Assembly: GCF_010550695.1 (NCBI RefSeq)
Contig: NZ_JAAGOB010000012.1
Location: 13,844 to 77,843 of the forward strand
Length of the DNA stretch: 64,000 nucleotides
Origin: Phytoactinopolyspora alkaliphila
Lineage (GTDB): Bacteria; Actinomycetota; Actinomycetes; Jiangellales; Jiangellaceae
Direction: 5' to 3'
The notes beneath the pieces were generated by a model that made no database searches, was not told where the DNA came from, and saw nothing but the letters and a program-made list of their open reading frames with translations. Made by a program: the position numbers and the translations under genes. Below, piece by piece: positions 63,396 through 64,000 of this stretch; position 1 is the stretch's first letter, and each line of letters starts with the position of its first letter.

Positions 63396-64000
63396 GTGGA
63401 CACGCATCCCGTGGCAGGCGAGGGCGCGGAGCCTGCCGGACCTGACCCGCCGGCAGACAAGGCGTGCGGCCTCGGCTCGGTGGAGATCGCGTGTGACGAG
63501 TCCGGCGCCGAGGGCGAGAACCTCGTCGGCGGAAACACAGACGTGTTCGCCCACGCGAGTATCCGGTTAGGCCCGGAACAGGCGGCCGCATGTCTACTCG
63601 AGCTGCGGGAGCGGATCCGCTCGCCGGCCGTGGAGTACAAGGCGAACCATCTCTTGCGAGAGAAGCACCGGAGCGTACTCATCTGGCTGCTTGGGCCGGA
63701 CTCGCCGATTCACGGCAAGGCCAGCGTTCATCTCACCGACAACACGTTCCTCGTCGTCAGGCGGATTGTCGACACGCTGATCGGCGACGCCGCGGACGCG
63801 GAGAGCGGGGGTCTGTTCCCCAGTCCGGAGACCGAGGCGAGCGCACTCGCACTGGTCCACGACGGGCCGCGCGTGCTCGGCGCCGCACGGTGGCGGACGT
63901 TCCTGGAGGCCTCCACGGCTCTGCTGCGAGTGAGAATCCGCGGGAACTACACCGATCCTGTCGGAGTCTTTTTCGAGCTGGTCGGTGACGTACACGCTGA
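63396..64000 (+). CDS. Partial ORF (5' end) running off the window; carries a DESG-type motif (possibly DUF3800-like)
   Basis: Open from GTG at 63396 to the window end, about 201 codons. It is absent from the track because it has no stop within the window. The sequence VEIACDESGAEGENLVGGNTDVFAHASI resembles the N-terminal DESG motif of the DUF3800 family. Weak evidence. Confidence 0.4.
   Translation, partial: MDTHPVAGEGAEPAGPDPPADKACGLGSVEIACDESGAEGENLVGGNTDVFAHASIRLGPEQAAACLLELRERIRSPAVEYKANHLLREKHRSVLIWLLGPDSPIHGKASVHLTDNTFLVVRRIVDTLIGDAADAESGGLFPSPETEASALALVHDGPRVLGAARWRTFLEASTALLRVRIRGNYTDPVGVFFELVGDVHA

Noticed and set aside
62135-63682. 515-aa minus-strand ORF
   Set aside because: It is antisense to the 62030..63331 gene, Arg/Pro-rich, and has no motifs. 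This is a typical GC-rich shadow ORF.
63590-63995. 132-aa plus-strand and 133-aa minus-strand ORFs near the window end
   Set aside because: Both lie in alternative frames to the better-supported partial ORF starting at 63396 and are Arg-rich noise.

Overview
This is a 64 kb window of high-GC (roughly 70%) actinobacterial chromosome, almost entirely coding. Gene order is Streptomyces/Mycobacterium-like. Because the DNA is GC-rich, most antisense or overlapping ORFs in the six-frame track are spurious, and several real genes start inside longer ORFs (see noticed_but_rejected).

Layout from start to end:
- 1-3.5 kb: a peptide-type ABC importer cassette with an M14-like zinc carboxypeptidase gene embedded in it and no ATPase genes downstream.
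- 3.7-13.8 kb: the pyrimidine/arginine core operon pyrR-pyrB-pyrC-(membrane protein)-carA-carB-pyrD-pyrF. A PyrR-box RNA hairpin sits over the pyrR ribosome-binding site. An unusual 27-bp x 5.5 tandem repeat, flanked by inverted arms, lies in the carA leader.
- 14-19.8 kb: the conserved mihF-gmk-rpoZ-coaBC-metK-priA block.
- 19.8-25.7 kb: an orphan ABC ATPase, an ABC-F ATPase with a long leader, a small HTH regulator followed by a long AT-rich stem-loop, a fused ABC exporter and an acidic lipoprotein.
- 25.8-34.7 kb, minus strand (most interesting region): SURF1-like protein, then NfeD, then a flotillin-like protein (SPFH/band-7 family), then a giant 1728-aa protein carrying a C-terminal AAA+ (AAA_5-like) ATPase module. 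The last three genes are tightly spaced, and the flotillin stop is 7 nt from the giant gene's start. This SPFH-scaffold plus AAA+ pairing is reminiscent of HflK/C-FtsH. I cannot assign a function to the giant protein from sequence alone; it is my best candidate for an undescribed system.
- 34.7-45 kb: divergent moaA, a DUF3099-like membrane protein, dodecin, fabG-inhA, a polyprenyl synthase, metF, paired about 100-nt palindromic intergenic elements, a CrtI-like oxidoreductase, a HEPN (SAV_6107-family) protein, a PAC2-family protein, a DUF3817-like protein and a second SURF1 paralog.
- 45-64 kb: a hypothetical membrane protein, ATP-dependent DNA ligase, an MprAB-PepD-like envelope-stress module (response regulator, histidine kinase, HtrA protease), dinB, a USP, an HhH-GPD protein, a PAS-GAF-PP2C phosphatase directly upstream of the principal sigma factor (hrdB/sigA-like), a rhomboid protease, a small zinc-ribbon protein, a ParE/GyrB-family topoisomerase subunit, an MFS transporter, a hypothetical protein and a partial ORF with a DESG-type motif.

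No rRNA, tRNA, CRISPR array or mobile element could be supported from the sequence.
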